Shown here in pieces: positions 28,312 to 32,000 of a stretch of DNA of 32,000 nucleotides. The notes under the pieces are model-generated. The model worked only from the letters and a program-made list of their open reading frames with translations. It was not told where the DNA came from and made no database searches. How positions within the stretch are numbered: the first letter of the stretch is position 1; each line of letters begins with the position of its first letter. Where the stretch lies: NCBI RefSeq assembly GCF_001545095.1, contig NZ_CP013213.1, positions 1,380,001 through 1,412,000 of the forward strand, in the 5' to 3' direction. A program made the position numbers and the translations under genes. The DNA is from Erysipelothrix larvae (GTDB taxonomy: Bacteria; Bacillota_I; Bacilli_A; Erysipelotrichales; Erysipelotrichaceae).

Positions 28312-29617
28312 TCGGCGTTGAAACGCGTGTTATATTGAGTAAGTGTTTATATGTTAAGTTCTCAGAAATAATGTTATTGCCCCATGTCCCACATCCCAAC
28401 GATACAGTTGGGTTCAGACCATTTGCAGGACTTCCACCTGCATCAATGGTTGGTTGATTAACCACCACACGACATACAGGAAGTTTTAATCCCACTTCAA
28501 CTGCGTGATCAGGGTTGTGTGTGAGAATCCCTACTGAGTGTCCTTTTCCTTCAACACATAGATTTGCTTTAGCGATTTCAATCGCTTCATCAAAGGTTTC
28601 ATAAGGCACTGCAAGTAATACCGGGAACATCTTTTCTTTCGCAAGTAATTCATTGGCACCATAGGCATTGGATTTCAAAACAATAATTTCTGTTTGATTC
28701 GAAATAGGTTCACCTGCTTGATTGGAAATAATATCTGAATTCACGCCAATCAGGGATGGATTTGTTTTTCCTTGTGGGAAAAGCAGTTGACGATAGGTTT
28801 CAACGGTCTTGTCATCTTCAACCACATGTGCATGATGTTTTGTAAAGGCTTCAAACAAAGCTGTTTCTTTAGCCTTGGGGTAAATGATTGCCTGTGTACA
28901 TGCACACACAATACCATTATCAAAGCCACGCCCAATCACTGCCAGATTCGCAGCGTCATCACAGTCAAAGTCATCATCCATTATAAGTTGTACATTACCC
29001 GGTCCAACACCATAAGCCGGTGTGCTGCTGGAATATGCTGCAAGAACCATGCCAGGTCCACCGGTTGCGATGACTAAGTCGACCGTTTTCATGAGCTTTT
29101 GTGAGTTTTCAACAGATGGTGTGTCAATGATTTGAACCAAGTCTTGGGGTGCATTAACCCCTTTTAATGCTTGTCTTAATAAATTAATCGTCTTGGTACT
29201 TGTTTTTAAAGAGCGCGGATGTGGTGAAACAATGATTGCATTACGACCCTTCAGTGCCATCAGACTGTTTCCCATTGGGGTGATTACTGGATTGGTGGTT
29301 GGTGTTACCGATCCAATGACTCCGACGGGTTGTGCAATCTCAACTAATCCTTGTTCTTTTAGTTCTCGAATAACACCCACTGATTTTTTGCCTTTAAGGT
29401 GAGCATAAATGTTTGTAGCCATGTTGAAATTCTTTCCAATTTTATGATCAACACGTCCCAGCCCTGTTTCTTCTACTGCCATAATTGCTAACGATTCTTT
29501 ATGTTCAATAATAATATCAGACATTGCTTTTAACATTTCATCAACTTGTTCTTGTGTGTAATTTTCAATTTTTTGCATCGCGCGACGTGCTTTCATAACG
29601 AGGTCATCAATAAACAT
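28304..29617 (-). CDS. CoA-acylating aldehyde dehydrogenase (EutE/PduP/SucD-like)
   Basis: 437 aa with QPVGVIGSVTPTTNPVITP, VIATGGPGMVLAAYSSSTPAYGVGPGN and a catalytic-Cys region FDNGIVCACTQA. Confidence 0.75.
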   Translation of the reverse strand: MFIDDLVMKARRAMQKIENYTQEQVDEMLKAMSDIIIEHKESLAIMAVEETGLGRVDHKIGKNFNMATNIYAHLKGKKSVGVIRELKEQGLVEIAQPVGVIGSVTPTTNPVITPMGNSLMALKGRNAIIVSPHPRSLKTSTKTINLLRQALKGVNAPQDLVQIIDTPSVENSQKLMKTVDLVIATGGPGMVLAAYSSSTPAYGVGPGNVQLIMDDDFDCDDAANLAVIGRGFDNGIVCACTQAIIYPKAKETALFEAFTKHHAHVVEDDKTVETYRQLLFPQGKTNPSLIGVNSDIISNQAGEPISNQTEIIVLKSNAYGANELLAKEKMFPVLLAVPYETFDEAIEIAKANLCVEGKGHSVGILTHNPDHAVEVGLKLPVCRVVVNQPTIDAGGSPANGLNPTVSLGCGTWGNNIISENLTYKHLLNITRVSTPIE

Positions 29618-29647
29618 ATTGTGTGTTCTCCTTTCACTTATGGTTTA

Positions 29648-30766
29648 TTATGGTTGATACGTTTTATCCATTACCACTACAGATTTCACAACACGACCCT
29701 CAACAGAGTCTTTTTCTGCTTGTGATATGTCTTCAAAGTCATAAAACTTTATGAATTGATCAAATGGGAATTTCCCTTGTTTGTAGAAATCAATTAAGTT
29801 ATTGAGGTGGAACTTTGGAATAGTATCGCCAATTAGGCATCCCACAAGTTTCTTATTGCCAAATACAAGATCAAAGAATGTATTCATTTCAAAGGTGTTT
29901 TTTGTAACTGCAAGGGGTGCAAAGGTTCCACTTGCTTTCAGTACATTAACCGCTACTTTCATGATTGGAAGATACCCTGTTGTATCAACGGTATAGTTCA
30001 CACCACTTCCATTTGTGTGTTCACGAATTAAGCCTTCGACATCCACATTTGGATCTTTACTGTTTATCGTGCAGGTTGCACCTAATTCTTTCGCTTTGAG
30101 TAGACGTTCATCGTTTATGTCCACAGCAATAATCTTTGAACACCCTGCAATCTTTGCGGCCATAAGTGACGCAAATCCTACTGCTCCAGTTCCAAAGACG
30201 GCAATTGACTCGCCTGCTTTCGGTTTTAACACACTTAACACAGCACCACTTCCAGTACCCAACCCACAACCAAGGGGTCCCAATAGCCGAAGGTCAATAT
30301 CTTTATCGACTTTCACAATGTTTGATTCATCGACTAAACTATAGGTTGCGAAAGATGATTGATTGAAGAAATTATTGATGGGTTTATCATCTTGTGTAGT
30401 AAGAACATACTCTTGTCGTCCATTGGTTCCTGAGTTATTTATCCCCATCCAGTGATCACATGAGGATGGATGTCCTGTACTACATCCTTCACACTTTTCA
30501 CAATAACCATAGGATAAGATAACATGATCTCCAGGTTTGACACTTTTAACAGAAGGCCCAACACGTTCAACAATTCCTGATCCTTCGTGCCCTAAAACAT
30601 TTGGAAAACTGATTGAGTTCCCATTGCGCTCACCATAATCAGATCGACAAATTCCTGCTGCTACAACCTTAACAAGAACATCACTTTCTTTAGGTTCTTG
30701 AAGGTTCACATCCATAATCGTATAGTCCATTCCCTTTTCTAAAACAACGGCTGCTTTTATTTTCAT
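29648..30766 (-). CDS. Zn-dependent alcohol dehydrogenase (aryl/benzyl-alcohol dehydrogenase-like MDR)
   Basis: GICRSD, GHEGSGIVERVG, the structural-Zn cluster CEKCEGCSTGHPSSC, and Rossmann motif VFGTGAVG. AAAGGAGG directly abuts the track ATG 30775, so ATG 30766 (9-nt spacing) is the likelier start. Confidence 0.85.
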   Translation of the reverse strand: MKIKAAVVLEKGMDYTIMDVNLQEPKESDVLVKVVAAGICRSDYGERNGNSISFPNVLGHEGSGIVERVGPSVKSVKPGDHVILSYGYCEKCEGCSTGHPSSCDHWMGINNSGTNGRQEYVLTTQDDKPINNFFNQSSFATYSLVDESNIVKVDKDIDLRLLGPLGCGLGTGSGAVLSVLKPKAGESIAVFGTGAVGFASLMAAKIAGCSKIIAVDINDERLLKAKELGATCTINSKDPNVDVEGLIREHTNGSGVNYTVDTTGYLPIMKVAVNVLKASGTFAPLAVTKNTFEMNTFFDLVFGNKKLVGCLIGDTIPKFHLNNLIDFYKQGKFPFDQFIKFYDFEDISQAEKDSVEGRVVKSVVVMDKTYQP

Positions 30767-31676
30767 CTTGAGCATCCTCCTTTACTTTAAGTATATCGGC
30801 AAGCCCCTTTAGCGTGATAGTAAAAAACGGAACTCAAATTAGCTCTAGTAATAATGTTTAGTGCATTTAAACCACAAAAAAAGAGACAAAATGGATGTCA
30901 TAGCCCATCACAAATTGAATCTTTGTATATTTCAAATGCTCGAAAATCATGTATATTTCTTCTTGATTTGTCACCTAGACATAAAAAAACACTCACGCTT
31001 TTATACTTGCATTCGTGTTTAGTTTCAGTCATGTGTGATGACTAACCGCGTTTAACTCAAGGCTTCCTACTATTCAATGGATATTAAGATACCTTGATCA
31101 AGTCCTTTGTTCATGAAGGTATCAACTAAATAGTTTAATGGTGTCGTAGTGCCCAATAAACTTCAGGCTTAACATGTGATTACATGACTTATTAAACAAT
31201 GTATGCGCACATGTTTTTTGAATATAAAGGGTTTGATATTGACCCTTGTTTCATCAGAAATTGATAACGATTATAAATGCTAATTTCAGTTTATTTTATC
31301 ATCCTTGGGGTTGATCCAGGACATATATGAATAAAAAATGCCCTAAAACATGATCCATGAGTGACCACACCCTACTTCCATATTCAAAGACTCTTCTCAA
31401 TCTAACAATGCACTGATATAAAATCAACATATAATATATGTTTGTTATTGGAATTAAGTTCCTTTGATTTTAGGATAATCATAAAAAAGTCTTAAGACAC
31501 TTCATTTCTCTTTACCTGTTTTTCACATAACGCTTCCGATCCTTCATAATCCATCATTCCTCACTCCTTATTAGGTGTTTCAAAGACTTGTTAAACACAT
31601 CATTTTGATCGTTAATACTAGAACCATTATCGTATATTTTTATTCACGTCCTCATTAATTTATAACACACAAGAAA

Positions 31677-31708
31677 ACGACAGTGTGATATGAAAATCAA
31701 ACTGTCGT
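31677..31708 (-). terminator. Possible intrinsic terminator downstream of the GyrI-like gene
   Basis: The 8-bp stem acgacagt / actgtcgt encloses a 16-nt loop. On the minus strand it is followed by tttcttgtgtgtt, about 25 nt after the stop at 31733. The loop is large for a canonical terminator. Confidence 0.4.
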
Positions 31709-31732
31709 ATTGAAATTATTTAGGTTGTTATA

Positions 31733-32000
31733 TTATACCTTACGCACGGGTCTTATATACTTCCAAAACCGTAAACAATCGTGGTAGAAATAGAAAATTC
31801 GATTGGGTGAGGTATCAAGGCAGTACCCTGTAGCTGAATAATCAAATGTTTTCATGGCTTCTTCGATTAATTGTTCTACGCTACTGTTTTCTGTTTCAAA
31901 ATCAAAGGGTCCATGTTCGAATACGATATATTCTGCTTCTGGTACAACAACCATGTGCATCTGTGGTGGAATTTCACCATCATAATCAATTGGTAAGCGC
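31733..32000 (-). CDS. GyrI-like / effector-binding-domain protein, C-terminal part (5' end outside the window)
   Basis: The frame stays open to the window edge (..RLPIDYDGEIPPQMHMVVVPEAEYIVFEHGPFD...YFYH). The pattern resembles the C-terminal half of GyrI-like small-molecule-binding domains. Confidence 0.5.
   Translation of the reverse strand, partial: RLPIDYDGEIPPQMHMVVVPEAEYIVFEHGPFDFETENSSVEQLIEEAMKTFDYSATGYCLDTSPNRIFYFYHDCLRFWKYIRPVRKV

Noticed and set aside
190-30366. Many 60-127-aa ORFs in the track lie antisense to, or overlap, large genes. Examples are 190-420, 827-1087, 2825-3031, 4414-4877, 6730-7104, 8613-8894, 11434-11745, 18388-18648, 19318-19545, 20464-20847, 21094-22890, 25741-26367, 26449-26808, 28750-29402 and 29802-30366.
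   Set aside because: They are embedded in well-supported genes on the other strand or frame. They have low-complexity or compositionally odd sequences, no Shine-Dalgarno and no recognisable motifs, which is typical of spurious ORFs.
6370-30775. The track start codons at 10425 (GTG), 7424, 6388, 17273 and 30775.
   Set aside because: Each sits inside or directly against the Shine-Dalgarno, or overlaps the upstream gene by tens of nt. Downstream ATGs at 10413, 7385, 6370, 17243 and 30766 have proper SD spacing or ATGA coupling. The choice remains a prediction without N-terminal data.
1-32000. CRISPR arrays, tRNA/rRNA genes, integrase or att sites.
   Set aside because: I saw no regularly spaced repeat array, no cloverleaf-like T-arm or anticodon-arm pattern, and no tyrosine or serine recombinase ORF. 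The only mobility genes are the IS21 and IS110 remnants.

Overview
AT-rich, Bacillota-like chromosomal segment; all calls come from reading the sequence and ORF track, with no database search. About 0.3-24.2 kb is a minus-strand defence island, and 24.8-32 kb is visibly more G+C-rich housekeeping DNA. Main candidate for a novel system: a translationally coupled five-gene operon (10413..309). It encodes three proteins with no family I recognise, a ~1,739-aa DEAH helicase with several zinc ribbons and a C-terminal DUF1998/MrfA-type Cys motif (the Druantia DruE / DISARM DrmA+DrmB hallmark), and a Dam-type N6-adenine methylase carrying a G8 tract. This layout matches no Druantia or DISARM layout I know. 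Downstream lie a decayed IS21 copy with intact inverted repeats, an orphan 396-aa gene with a duplicated LRNNLH motif, an IS110 transposase pseudogene, and a SMODS/CD-NTase-like nucleotidyltransferase pseudogene. Next is an intact type I R-M locus ordered half-hsdS, hsdR, hsdS, hsdM, followed by a HEPN(RNALSH)-CBS gene. A ~123-bp direct repeat lies upstream of both defence operons and brackets 13.3 kb. Each operon has a sigma-A-like promoter whose -10 is overlapped by a palindrome. The right part holds an AraC-family regulator, an adh-aldh-ptb-buk-DUF554 operon and a partial GyrI-like gene. I saw no tRNA, rRNA or CRISPR array.
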